Origin: Podarcis bocagei
Taxonomy: Eukaryota
Assembly: GCA_964188305.1 (NCBI GenBank)
Contig: OZ076894.1
Length of the DNA stretch: 64,000 nucleotides
Strand: one strand, 5' to 3'
This document shows, in pieces, positions 11,075-23,412 of this stretch. A program made the translations under genes and the position numbers. Position 1 is the first letter of the stretch. Every line of letters begins with the position of its first letter. Under the pieces are notes generated by a model. That model did no database searches. It was not told where the DNA came from and saw only the letters and a list, made by a program, of their open reading frames with translations.

Positions 11075-14000
11075 CATAGCAAATGAAAAACAGGAAACGT
11101 TCCCACCTCATGGCACTTGGAGCACCGTGAAATTACAGCCACCCCCTGCCCTTTATGCTCCCAAACTTCAGCTTGCAAAAACAATGTTAGGACGAGACTG
11201 CATGGCAGAGCTTTGTAATATTATAGAAAAGAAAGGTCAAATAAATGCCAGTGCGCAGAATGACTGGGGGTGGAGAGAGGATTTTGAAACAGGCTAGAAA
11301 AGCAAAATGGGAAGCTGAGACCGTTGTGTACACACATTCAAAGCACATTCTGTCTCTCAAAGAAATCCGGGCACTATAGTTTGCCCCATACAGAGTTACA
11401 GTTAACAGTGACCTTTAACAAACTACAGGGACCAGAATTCTTCGAATGAAAGTATGTGTTTTGAATGTGCTTTAAAGGTATCATTGTGTACACAACCTAT
11501 GACAACAAATGAAGTGTTGCCCATGATAAGATTTTGAGGTAAAATGTGTCTCTGGCTAAATACAAATGACCATATACCAAGTAGACATTTAATACAGTAT
11601 ACATGCTGCCACTTGGTTACCTAGAGCTCATCCTGTGATTTCTTCCCTTTGTCTCATGATTTATAGGCACGTGTCCAAGAGGTTTTGCTTATGTCCCGTC
11701 GCTTTCCCTGACAGAAAAGTGGGATTTTTTATTTTATTTTAGTTATTATTAAAAATCTATGCCGCCCTTCATTCAAGAATCACATGGAGGTTTACAATAT
11801 GAAAACATAAAAATACACAACATAGTACCAAACATAAACAATACCGTAACCACCCCAGTCAGGTGTGGTGAATTTTTCAACTTTCAATTTCCAAGTTCCA
11901 AAAAAATTAGGGGTGTGCTGGGAATTCAAAAGATATTTTGGTTATGCAGTAACCACCCCGAGACCTGTGGGTATAGAGTGGTATACAAATTTAATAAATA
12001 ATAATAATCCTGGGAACTGTAGTGTGTGAAGGGTGCTGGAAATTGTAGCTCCATTCCCTCAATATTCTTTGGAGCAAATAATGTCCCTTTAATGTACATG
12101 TATGGTGTCTACAGAGTCCTAGACAACCGCTCCTTTCAGGTGGGAATCATGCACGTACTAAAATAGTCAGCTTCTGCAATAATAGCAGATTGAAAGGTCT
12201 TGCACCACAACTTCCCCCAAAGACTGGACTTTTGGCAATAAAGTGATGGCAAAATGTGCTGGGAGCGTGAGGGGGATAACACCTGAAAACCCGCTGTTTG
12301 CTGCTGAATCGGAACAAATGGCAGTCCTCAGAAAACTCAACTGACATTTCCTCCAATTCAGCAGTAAATAGGTTCTGCTGGGGAAAGCGAAGATACAAAA
12401 GAAAAAAGCCTCTCAAACCTGTGCCTGGAAATCACAGGACAAACAGGCGTGTGGATGTCTGTTTTGTCCTGGCAAGTATTGTTTGTGCTCCTTGGATATT
12501 TAGGATATCCTCCCCAACACAAAAACTTGATTCCAGGGCACTTCACAACAATACAGCAAACACAGGGGTATGCAGGGTTCTGCAAGCCTAGAAGGAAAAG
12601 CAGAATGGGTTAAACTGCTGCTGTTTTGTTAAAGCGATTATTAATTTAAGCCTCGTATTCGCTTGTTACTGCAGCAAACCTCAACACCTTGTGGTTGGAA
12701 TCCACCATTTTGGAAGAGGAACTTACTTTGAAGAAACTTCCCCCGCAACAACTTGGGACCTAGAAACCTCTCTCCTTGTATTAGCCTGCTTAGTTCCTTA
12801 GACTGGGGGACAGGCGGACCCTTTCTCATTGTTGCACCACAAGGGAGTGGTATATGAGACGGGGTACAAGCACACCCCTCAAGAAGGCCCTGACTATAGA
12901 ACCACCCTCCCTCTGGAAGTATGACTGACATTTAGCACCAGGTTAAAGCCTGTTTTGTTTGCCCAGGCATTAATCTGCTGCTGCAATTTGCATGCTGAAA
13001 TTTTTTAATTTTATTTTTTACATTTAATTCATATTATGACTTGCTCTTTTTGTTTGTGTTGTTGTTTTAAACCACAGTGCAACCTGGGATGAACTGATGA
13101 AGGCTGGCTTAAAAACTGCCCTTAATAAATAAAAAGTGAAGTACTTGCTATGACATGGATAGGAAAGCCCACCCCCAGGACATGAAAGTCCACTTCCACA
13201 TTTGGAACCTGTATGGCTCTAATTAATCTGTTCAGTTCTGTCAAATTACCTGGGCAGTCAGCCAGGCGTGGCCTAGCTAAAGAGGTCTCCTTGCAATACC
13301 AATCTGTGAAGAGAGAGGAGGACATTCCAGTAGGAGATGAAGAACAGCATTTGAATTTATTCCATTTGTAGGAACATTGGGGGAGGGTCACATTGATCAA
13401 AATGAGTGTTTTTAAAAATGCAATTTTCGATACATCATTGAGTCACTCTCCATGTCATCAGTAAAGAAAGGACTTCCACATTTTCATTGCCAGTTGAGCT
13501 TACATTTCTGAGGCGTTGCTCAGCACCATTCTAGAAGCAGTGTGTATGTAAAATACAGCTTCCAGTTTCCTCTATGAGCCAAGACTACACCTCAGATTTC
13601 TTTTTGATAAAATAACTCGAATTTGCGGAGGCACACTCAGCGATGTCCTTGTCTTCTCCCATTTAGGACTCCCTTGAGGTGGCAATAGTGGTCAAAAAGC
13701 AGGGATGAAGTTTTAAAATAAACAGTGTGACTGAATGGCCACCAGTTGAAACTGACCATATTATTATGAACTCCCTGCCCAGATGTTTTTCAGCCCCCGA
13801 ACTGCATAATGTATAGCCGCAAAATATGACTGACAAAACTAGTCCTCCTGCTCTTCAGAGAGCAAAATTTCTGGCCTGCTCCTGGGGCCTTTTCTCAAAG
13901 TAGTCAACAACCATGCTAAAGTGAGCTTGTTTTCTCTCATAGAATGATGGTGGTGGTAGTAGCCTCCAAGCACTCAGGGAAACAGCTCTTCAATCTGCTC

Positions 14001-14418
14001 AGTTGTCACATATGAAACAAGTGGTTTTCTTTGATTTGTCTGAAGGCTGGGACTTGAGCTGCTTTGGAATGACAATAGACTACTATTTCAGTTCTACAAA
14101 GAATAGGAAGTGCCATTCACAACAGATAATTAATCGTATCACATATTTGCAGGCACACACTCATGCATTTGGAAAAGGGAAAGCAAAATAACTAGTGAAT
14201 CTGCCTCATGTTAAGTCAGACAATCATTGGTCCAGCTAGCCTATCTGTTCCGACAGGCATATGTATGCTGAAATATTCAGATGTTGCATGATTAGTTATC
14301 CATTAGGTTTCATCCAGTGCTCTAGTACTTAGCAGGTGTGTTGTGTTGCTGTTATCAAGAACCAAAATATTTCATTTGCACCACAGTTCCTCCATATAGT
14401 ACTTGGATAGTCCTTGAA

Positions 14419-14642
14419 CAGTGGTACCTTGGGTTACAGATGCTTCAAGTTACGTGTTTTCGGGTTGTGCACTGCGCCGAACCTGGAAGTACTGGAACGG
14501 GTTACTTCTGGGTTTTGGCGCATGTGCAGAAGTCCTAAATCACGCTTTGTGCATGCACAGACATGGCACTGAGGGTTGTGAACGCTGCAGGTTGTGAACG
14601 TGCCTCCTGCACGGATCACGTTCGCAACCCGAGGTTCCACTG
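14419..14642. mobile_element. Tigger/pogo-like MITE
   Basis: CAGTGGTACCTTGGGTT...AACCCGAGGTTCCACTG TIRs. Confidence 0.75.
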
Positions 14643-14739
14643 TACTTCTAGAATGCCACAGTTATTCACTCAGTTAGTTTCTGCTATGTGCTTGGAGAAT
14701 TAACATTAAATCTCAGAAATCAAGTTTCACTTCACTTGT

Positions 14740-15430
14740 GCGTAAGGAATACAAATTTTACTTCGGTATTCAGATCAAGACCATGGGCCTCACATATTTC
14801 TTGTAAAGCATACATAACCCTGCTGACAGCCTGGCTAAAAGATGAATCTCGCAGAATGCAGTTTGCTGTACTCATGGTCTGGAGAGACCACATCACAGAC
14901 TGTTATTTCTGCTTGACTCTACTTGAAAGCAGTGATGCTTCACATAGGCAACAAATACCCTTCTGCTCCACTAACTTACGCCATCCATATGAAGGAATTG
15001 CATGACAGCATGTGATGTCTTCTAGAATGCATTCAGTATAATAGCTATAATAACAATGCTTGGCACATCTGCAGTGATCTGAAAGTAATTGCACTCCTCC
15101 TCAGTTTACTACTGGGATACGTGAAATACACAAGATACTATTGTTTTAGTTGTGAGTGGGACAGTCAAGCCTGAACTAGTTTCAGAATACTTTCAAATTG
15201 CTGTGGGACATAAGTAAAATATAAAAGTGAAATACAGATGCAAAACAACATCAGCAAAAATTTAGGTGTGTTCATAATTTAATAAAAACTCCTACTCCCA
15301 GATATTTTTTGCCTCACTTACTTAATAATAAATTCTTCAGCATAACCGTGGTGGGCAGAAGACAAAATCTGAAGCCATTTCCAAGTTCAGCACCCTATTT
15401 TGCGTAAGACAAACAATACCTCTTGCACGT
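14740..15430 (+). mobile_element. Fossil, internally deleted Cys-rich DNA transposase (possibly Sola-like; family tentative)
   Basis: Translated remnants PWASHISCKAYITLLTAWLKDESRRMQFAVLMVWRDHITDCYFC and WHICSDLKVIALLLSLLLGYVKYTRYYCFSCEWDSQA. Confidence 0.6.
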
Positions 15431-16934
15431 CACAAAGATTTTGTGAGGGGTTTTCTTTTGTCACACCGTGTTTGATTCTACTTCTTAACACACAAGGCCT
15501 CAGAACCAGTGATTTCATTTACCTATTATGGCCAATATCCTTTGATAGATATATCATCTATGGATTTGACTGACACTAAGCCATAGATGTGGTAGAGTAT
15601 TCCATACATTAAGAATATATTTCTTGGGTTCTCTCCCAAACTTACAGTAAATCATCTTTAGTGGATAAGCCCAATTGCTGCTATTATGAGAAAAATCCCT
15701 CGCTCTATCCATTGTCTTGACACAGTCATGTTTTTCTTTTTTAAAAAATAAACGTCTATTATGTCCTCTCTGTCATTGTGGCAGCGTCTCTTCTCCCTGT
15801 TCAACCTTCAAAAGGTTTTGCTTCCACTCAAAAGAGGGAAGGAAATGTCCTTGTAAAAGAATCAGCCGCTACTATCTGGAGAAGCTGAGCGAAAAGAATG
15901 CCCTCGCCCCACCCACAGGAGCAGAGCAGCTGTAGCTGCAAGGATGACAAAGGATAAGTGAGAGTCGGACCTTGAAATCTACCTGAGCACTGGAATGACA
16001 TCAAATAAGTCTCTTCTTCCCTTTCAGTGCTGAAATTCACACATGGCTCTGCTTTCTCAGAAATGACTTTAGAGTTCAACTATGGTTACCAGGAGTTTCA
16101 CATGCATACCTTGTTAAGTGACCTACCCTAGTTACTTCTGATCATTTCTTAGTCTGTGTACACATCACACATTTAAAGTATGCGCTCTCCCCTCCCCAAC
16201 TATCCTAAGAACTATAGTCCACAGCTCACAGAGCTACAATTCCCAGCACTGTTAATAAACTATAATTGCCAGGATTCTTTGGGATACGGGGGAGGAACTG
16301 AAGGACCTACCTATCTAGGTAGGTCCCTATCTGTTACTAGGAGCATCAAGGACGCTGCAAGAGTCAAACGACAGCAGGAAAATGATTTTTTTATTTTGTG
16401 AAGCAATTGCTTGGACACAAAGGCACAGACCAGCTCATGCTCGGAGTCTGGCCCCGAATTATAAGCAAGCCAGCTTTTTATACATTTGCAGAATACAATA
16501 CCACCTGCTTTCTTGTAAACCACCTGATTTCTTGTAAACCACCTGATTTCTGGGAAATTGAAAGTTATAATAAGTTCCTATTACCATGTAAGGTCTTGCC
16601 TCCCTCTTTCCTGCCATGGCCCACTACACCACGGCCATGTGCATCCCTGAGTTTGCTTATCTCTTTACACCCTTGAATAATAAACATTTGAGCCTGTTCC
16701 ATCAATGCTAGCCTTGTTCTCCTGAGGATCTCTCCTCTCTAAGAAAGGCCTTTGGGGGGGTTTGCTATGGCCCTACAGAATGTGCTTTAAGGTTGGGTAC
16801 CCACCATACATTTAAACACCTTTCTAAGTTCATTATCAAACTGTTTCAGCTGTTTCTAGAAAACAAGCTTTATCATGATGTAAGGAGAACTGAATTGACT
16901 GTTGCCCCTAACCAAACAAGATAGATAGCACTGT

Positions 16935-17070
16935 TTAGAAGACATCTGAAGGCAGCCCTGTTTAGGGAAGTTTTTAATGTTTGATGTTTTATCGTGTTTT
17001 CAATATTCTGTTGGGAGCCCCCAGAGTGGCTGGGGAAACCCAGCCAGACGGGCGGGGTATAAATAAATAA

Positions 17071-17128
<58 letters not shown>
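16935..17128 (+). mobile_element. L2 3' end fragment with (TTA)n tail
   Basis: Closely matches the 3' end of the element at 4248-4427. Confidence 0.8.
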
Positions 17129-17129
<1 letters not shown>

Positions 17130-19149
17130 AGGCCTCTGCAGTTATCCAGAATATCGTACAAAACAATTACATATTTTGAACTTCACTTGTGGCACACACC
17201 CCAGAAAGGATGGCAAGCAGTGACTTAGATTAGCCGTTTGCAAACTTTCTACCACCATCAAGCACTTTCTTATGTTTAGTCAAAATCACATATTTCCTTG
17301 TGATGTGAACCTTTTGCCGGAGCAACAGAAAATAAATTAGCTCCGTTATCTTTTGAGCCCTTCAAATATTTCTGGATGGCTGTCACACAGTTTCTTAATC
17401 ATCTCTTTGCTAGGCTAAACATACCTGGATAGTTGAGTCCAAAGGCTAGCACTTGGGAACAGGGCCAAGGACTTTCTGTTCTTTGTAGCTATTTAGGGGC
17501 TTCCCAAGTATTTGGCCTTTTGAGGTTTGAGGATATCCAGTGCAAATGTCATGATATTTGTTATATTACATTTGCTTTATCCTTACGTTGACTTTTTAAT
17601 GCTATATTTGTATTTTGTTTATCTGTTTGACATCTGATGTCAAAATGCGATCAAACAACTACACTACTTTCCAAAGACATCTGAAGGCAGCCCAGAATTG
17701 GGAAGTTTTTAATATTGGACGTTTGCTGTGTTTTTATGATGTTGAAAGCCACCACCCAGTCAGATGGGTGAGGTAAGAACAATAATAATTTAATAATAAT
17801 AAATTACACCAAGAGAACCTCAGTTATGGGGCACAAAAAGTACCATTAATACTCAAATGATCCTCAAAACAAAATACTCTTCAATGACAACTGCTGGAGT
17901 AAATGGCTTGCTACAACCTGCTGGGCATCAAACCCGCAGTGTGCATTTGATAACATAGTTTTAGATCCCCTACAGTAAGGGTGGAGCACCTTTGTGGTTT
18001 GGTTGGGCAGATTTTTATCTCCCTCCACACCACACACCAACTTTGACAGGTGGGCAGGACTACCTGTCAATCATCTGGCAGTATCATTTTGCCAGATGAT
18101 TTGGCCACCTGTCCAAAGTAGGACCACGGAGGTGATAGCGAACAAACAAGACTGACCTTTTTTTCCTGCGGGGTTCAGGTGTGTGAGAGCTCTCTATGGG
18201 AACTCATGACCTCAGGTATAGGGCATGTGGGTGTGGCTTTTGAATAACAACCTCAGTGTACTACAGTTCCCCTGCCCTTGCTCAGCTGGTTAGATATTTT
18301 AAGTTTTAGGAATTTCTGTTGTTGCCAAAGCTTATTATTTGACGTTACCATGTCTTCTTGCTGAATCTTACCATATGAGACTTTAAAAAATAGTCTAAAT
18401 AAATATATCAAACTTGAGAAGCATCAAGAACTACAGTAAACAAGAATACTGCTAATTTGCATTACTCGGTTGCATGTTGACAGGATTTGATCACCATCTG
18501 CATTGCAATCGCACACTGTTCTCTTCTCTCATCTCTTATATTCATTTCCCCTTTGTCCTTTGGCTCACCCCACTCACTGCACCATTAAAATGTGCTACAT
18601 AAAATCAACACAGCCTTTAAAAATCCACCCTAGCTGTGAAATGCCATAATCAACCCACGGCCCAGTCCTATGTGTGGGAGACCTGCTACTCTGGAAGCTG
18701 ATTTTCAAACACATATGATATTCCCTTGTAGTTTCAAATTTTCCAAAAGAGATACTGGTACTGAGGAAAGTATTTTTCTTTTCTTTTCAAAAGAGATACA
18801 GAACAGTTATTTATACAATCAAAGAATGTTTACATCTCCTCTAAGCAATGGTGAAGAAATGTTGATTACAACCATTAATGTGGGGGCATAGTAAATCTGA
18901 GCTTGCCACAAAACAAGAAACTTCATTTCTTGGGGAGAATTGACATAACTCAGCAGAAACATTGTGAAGCATTGTCAAGAGTTACTATAGTACTTTCTAA
19001 TCTGAATGATCCCCAACTGCCTGTGTGTGTGGTTTATAGTCAAAGCATCTTTTCATCCATTTTTATTTCATCCCCCTCCATGGTAAACCTTACAGAAATC
19101 TGATCAGCACTCTTCAATTGCTCTATTCTTTTTCATGCATTTACTACTA

Positions 19150-19389
19150 CAGTGGTAACTCTGGATGCGAATGGGATCTGTTCCAGAGCCCTGTTCGTAT
19201 CCTGAGTAGAATGCAACCCATGACTGCGTGGGTCGCAATTCGCTGCTTCCGCGCATGACATCATTTTGAGCGTCTGTGCATGCCCGAGCGGCGAAACCCA
19301 GAAGTAACGCGTTCTGTTACTTCCAGGTCGCCGCAGAGAGTAACCTGAAAACGTTCAACCTGAAGCATATTTATCCCGAGGTATGACTG
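19150..19389. mobile_element. Tigger/pogo-like MITE
   Basis: TIRs plus TA TSD; related to 44129-44361. Confidence 0.75.
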
Positions 19390-19630
19390 TATATGAGGTT
19401 TCTGGGTGCCAGACTTCTGTAATCCCTAGATTCACCAAGTGTTACAATTTAATCTAGATTTGGTCTGTTAAACTAATCCCTAATCCCTGGATCCAGATTA
19501 AGCCAAAATAGCTTTCTGTGTTGAGGTGAGCACCTGAGTGATAGGCCATTAAGAGAAGAAAGGCTCAAAAGGCTCCTGTGAAATAGAAAATGGGTGCCCC
19601 CCCAACAGATAAAGTCAGAGTTTAGGAGTA

Positions 19631-19842
19631 CAGTGGTCCCTCGGGTTACAAACACCTCGGGTTACAGACTCCACTAACTCAGAAGTAGTTCCTTGGGTTA
19701 AGAAATTTACCTCAGGATGAGAACGGAAATTGCATGGCAGCGGGAGGCCCCATTAGCTAAAGTGGTACCTCAGGTTAAGAACAGTTTCAGGTTAAGAACG
19801 GACCGCCAGAACGAATTAAGTTCATAACCAGAGGTACCACTG
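19631..19842. mobile_element. Tigger/pogo-like MITE
   Basis: TIRs plus TA TSD; inverted relative of 5937-6416 and 30485-30719. Confidence 0.8.
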
Positions 19843-20015
19843 TAATGTGAGCTGGATGCAAAATGCTACTGGCTGGAAAGGCAGAGTCAGAGCACAATGT
19901 TTGCTTTCCGCTTGAATCCAAGGCTGTGGTTATGGGAGAAGCATGACCCTTTTGGGATGTTAATGCTTTGAACCTCTCAATCATAGGCTCAGGTTGTATT
20001 TATGTGTAACTAAAC

Positions 20016-21260
20016 CAGTGTTTCCCAACCTTTTTTGGGCAAAGGCACACTTGTTTCATGAAAAAAATCTCGAGGCACACCACCATGCCAGATGGGGAAA
20101 GGTCACTTTTTACCTATGTAAAAAAAAATAAAAAAATAGTAACAGCATAGAAGGTAATGGTAAGCTATAGCTTGTTTAGCTTATACCTAAATCCGACACT
20201 GATTGGTCTCCCTTCCAAGGCACTCGAGGTCCCACATGAAAGCGAGCCCCCAGCAAGGCCTCGACGGCCTGCAAGGCGCTTCCCCTTGCGAGTGGGAAAC
20301 GGACGGGCGGCGGCCCGAGCACGACCTGGCGCCCTCTCAGCTCAGCGAGCACGACCTGAAAGCTCTGGCCGCCTCCCTGCACGCCCTCCCGGACCTGGAG
20401 TACGGCGGCAGCAGCGCGCCTCCTTCGACGGGCCCCGACGGCAACCGCGAGCGGCCCCGTCGGCGGGCCTCGGCGGCGGACCTCCTGCAGGACAGCTCCG
20501 GCTTCGCGCCGGACTACGAGGGCTTCGAGTACCGGGGCGACCCTTACGAGGAGGTGGAGCCGCTGCGGAACCTGCCCGCCTTCGAAGCGTGCTCGCCGGC
20601 CTCGTCCGAGTCCAGCATCGACATCTGCTTCCTGAGGCCCGTCCACTTCACCAACGAGCCCAGCAGGACGGAGCGCACGCTGCAGCCGCTGCCCAAGAGC
20701 GCGGCGCCGACGCCGCAAGCCAGCGGCACCTACAAGCGCGAGGTTTTCCGCAGCAAAGGCAAGCAGCTGAGCCGCTCGCTCAAGGAGTTCCCGCGCAGCA
20801 GCGGAGGCGGCGGCGGCTCCGAAGGCATCGCCAGCACCAGGCTGTACAGCACCCGCAGCAGCAGCGGCAGCCGCCTGCCGGCCCCGACGGAGAGGGGCTT
20901 CCCGACCCACGGCGCCCCCTCCGCCGCCTCCCGGAGCTCCCAGCGGCACCACTTCCCGCCGCCGAGAGGAGCGGGCGACCAGCCCAGCTTTCTGGAAGTA
21001 AGGAGAGCAAAAGGCAAGGGCAAAGGCGCTTCCTAGCCAGGGTCTAAGCGTGCCTATGTGGGGCACGTTACAGCCCCGTGACGTCAGCGCCACGCAGGCA
21101 GCCAGGCAGGCAGATGGCGAGAGCCCCGCGCTGGGCGGCCTCTCCTCGCCGCCGCCGCCCCGCCTCTCGCCGCCCGACTCATCCGCCTCCCTCCCACGGC
21201 ACACCAGGCAACGTCTGGCGGCACACTAGTGTGCCGCGGAACACCGGTTGGGAAACACTG
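20016..21260. mobile_element. Non-autonomous hAT transposon carrying a captured host exon (Pack-hAT / Pack-TIR)
   Basis: Perfect 15-bp TIRs CAGTGTTTCCCAACC (20016-20030) and GGTTGGGAAACACTG (21246-21260); perfect 8-bp TSD AACTAAAC (20008-20015, 21261-21268); subterminal GGCACAC repeats at both ends; no transposase. Confidence 0.92.
20220..20997 (+). pseudogene. ARHGEF33: Transposon-captured copy of an ARHGEF33-like coding exon (C-terminal region), frame intact
   Basis: Translation contains CSPASSESSIDICFLRPV, LQPLPKSA, LSRSLKEFPR, RLYSTRSSSG and FLEVRR, recalled as matching the ARHGEF33 C-terminal region; acceptor ctcccttccAAG|G at 20219/20220 and donor GAA|GTAAGG at 20997/20998; no other exons of this gene in the window. 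Confidence 0.78.
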
Positions 21261-21304
21261 AACTAAACCATACAACTGGTTTATGTGTAACTAAACCATA
21301 CAAC

Positions 21305-21663
21305 TGGTGCTGGAGGAGACTCTTGAGAGTCCCATGGGCTGCAAGAAGATCAAACCTCTCCATTCTGAAGGAAGTCAGCCCTGAGTGCTCACTGGAAGGA
21401 CAGATCCTGAAGCGGAGGCTCCAATACTTTGGCCACCTCATGAGAAGAGAAGACTCCCTGGAAAAGACCCTGATGTTGGGAAAGATGGAGGGCACAAGGA
21501 GAAGGGGACGACAGAGGACGAGATGGTTGGACAGTGTTCTCGAAGCTACAAACATGAGTCTGATCAAACTGTGGGAGGCAGTGGAAGACAGGAGTGCCTG
21601 GCGTGCTCTGGTCCATGGGGTCACGAAGAGTCGGACACGACTAAACGACTAAACAACAACAAC
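21305..21663 (+). mobile_element. BovB (RTE) LINE 3' fragment
   Basis: Translation WCWRRLLRVPW...YFGHLMRR...RRRGRQRTRWLD; (CAA)n tail; approximate TSD aaaccatacaac/aaatcatacaac. Confidence 0.9.
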
Positions 21664-22585
21664 AAATCATACAACATAAAGGCACCACAGTCTCTGCTAT
21701 GCCTCATTCCAAAAGGAAACACGAAGCCTGGGTAAGCGCCTAGAAACCTTGGCATCTTGCACCGTTCAGAGACTGGGGTGGCAGGCAACAATATATATTT
21801 AATCAGCACGCCAAGGAAAAACAAATTGCTACAGTGAAATGAAGCAGTCCTTTTACTTGGTGAAAAAGCTGAGTGTGCCTTTTGCTAGGTTATTATTTAT
21901 ATCGTTTACAAACATAACCCCAAAAAAGACAGTTTCCTGCTCTGAGGAGCTTACAGTGTACTTTGATGAAGGAAATGGAAGAAAGGGGGAGGGAAGGTTG
22001 ACATTTGGAGTGAAAGTGAGCAAAATGGGCAGACACAAGATCTTCTCATTTGGGAGATAAATATCTACTTCTATTCTAGTAGAAGTATTAACTAAACTGC
22101 ATTAATCCACTGCCAGAATATAGGGCAACAGTTCCTGTTTGCTGAGGCGGTGATTGTGCAGGAAACATTAAATGGGCTGCTATTTTGCACTATGGGAATA
22201 CAAAAATTGCCAGGCATGCTACTGACTAGGCAGCCTTTTGACAAGTTGATGGGGGTGGGGGAAGGGTCATTGGAAAGACATAGTTGCAGAACTGTATCTA
22301 AATTTGCCCCCAACGGAGTCGAATTGCCAAATGGTAGCTCCATTTGCAGAGACAGAACGCGCTTTCTATATAGGATGTGTTGGCCTCTATATTGCGACAT
22401 CTCAAATCAAACAATTCTACAGCAATTACCCCCTTGTTTGGCAACAATTTCAACTGCTTCAATTTGAGCCCTCACTAACATCTTTGTGATTATGTTATTA
22501 ATCATAAATATCTTGATGCTGCATCTTAAGAGAAATTTAATAGAATTTGTTATCACAGATAAAAGAATTGGTACACTCTCTTGTA

Positions 22586-22768
22586 CAGTCGTACCTCAGA
22601 AGTCTAACAGAATCCGTTCCGGAAATCCATTCAACTTCCGAAATATTCCGAAACAAAGCACAGCTTCTGATAGGCTGCGGGACAGTTGAAACACTCACTT
22701 CTGGTTTTCGATCGTTTGGGAGCCAGAACATTCGACTCCCAAGACGTTCGGGAGCCGAGGTATGACTG
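22586..22768. mobile_element. Tigger-like MITE
   Basis: CAGTCGTACCTC...GAGGTATGACTG with TA TSD; related to 62632-62872. Confidence 0.7.
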
Positions 22769-23048
22769 TACTCTTTAGTCCTAGTGCTCTTCTTAGCTAA
22801 CACCTGCTCTTACAAAACGAAACAAAAATTGCAAAGGAAATAATAATGCTGCCAAAAGTGGAGTGATCTCCCTGAAATCCTCTGGCTATTCAATCCCTGG
22901 AAGTGGTGGAAGTGCTGCTCTGTGGGCAGATAGGGGAGTGTGGCAGTGGAACAAGATGCCCAGCACCAGACACTTGGAATACTTAAGGATTCAGTGGATG
23001 GAAGTCTTTGCTGGCCAAATTTGAGTTTGCTGCAAATGGGACAGGATA

Positions 23049-23412
23049 GTAAAGTTAAAGGTAAAGGACCCCTTGACGGTTAAGTCCAATCAAAGGGGAC
23101 TATGGGGTTGCAGTGCTCATCTCGCTTTTCAGGCCGAGGGAGCTGGCATTTGTCCCGGGTCATGTGGCCAGCATGACTAAACCGCTTCTGGCACAACGGA
23201 ACACTGTGATGGAAACCAGAGCACACGGAAATGCCATTTACCTTCCCGCTGCAGCAGTACCTATTCATCTACTTGCACTGGTGTGCTTTTGAACTGCTAG
23301 GTTGGCAGGAGCTGGGACAGAGCAACAGGAGCTCACCCTGTCGCGGGGATTTGAACCACCAACCTTCTGATCAGCAAGCCCAAGAGGCTCAGTCGTTTAG
23401 ACCACAGCGCCA
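23049..23412 (+). mobile_element. Sauria SINE
   Basis: ggtaaaggacccctt...catgtggccagcatgac...tttaccttcccg...tacctattcatctact...accacagcgccac. Confidence 0.88.

Noticed and set aside
20203-21036. Processed retrogene or true resident gene
   Set aside because: No poly(A) tail, retains both splice sites, single exon only, and enclosed by hAT TIRs with a TSD
20157-21204. Overlapping ORFs 20157-21047 (+) and 20176-21204 (-)
   Set aside because: Shadow frames of a very GC-rich exon; only the 20203 frame gives a recognisable protein
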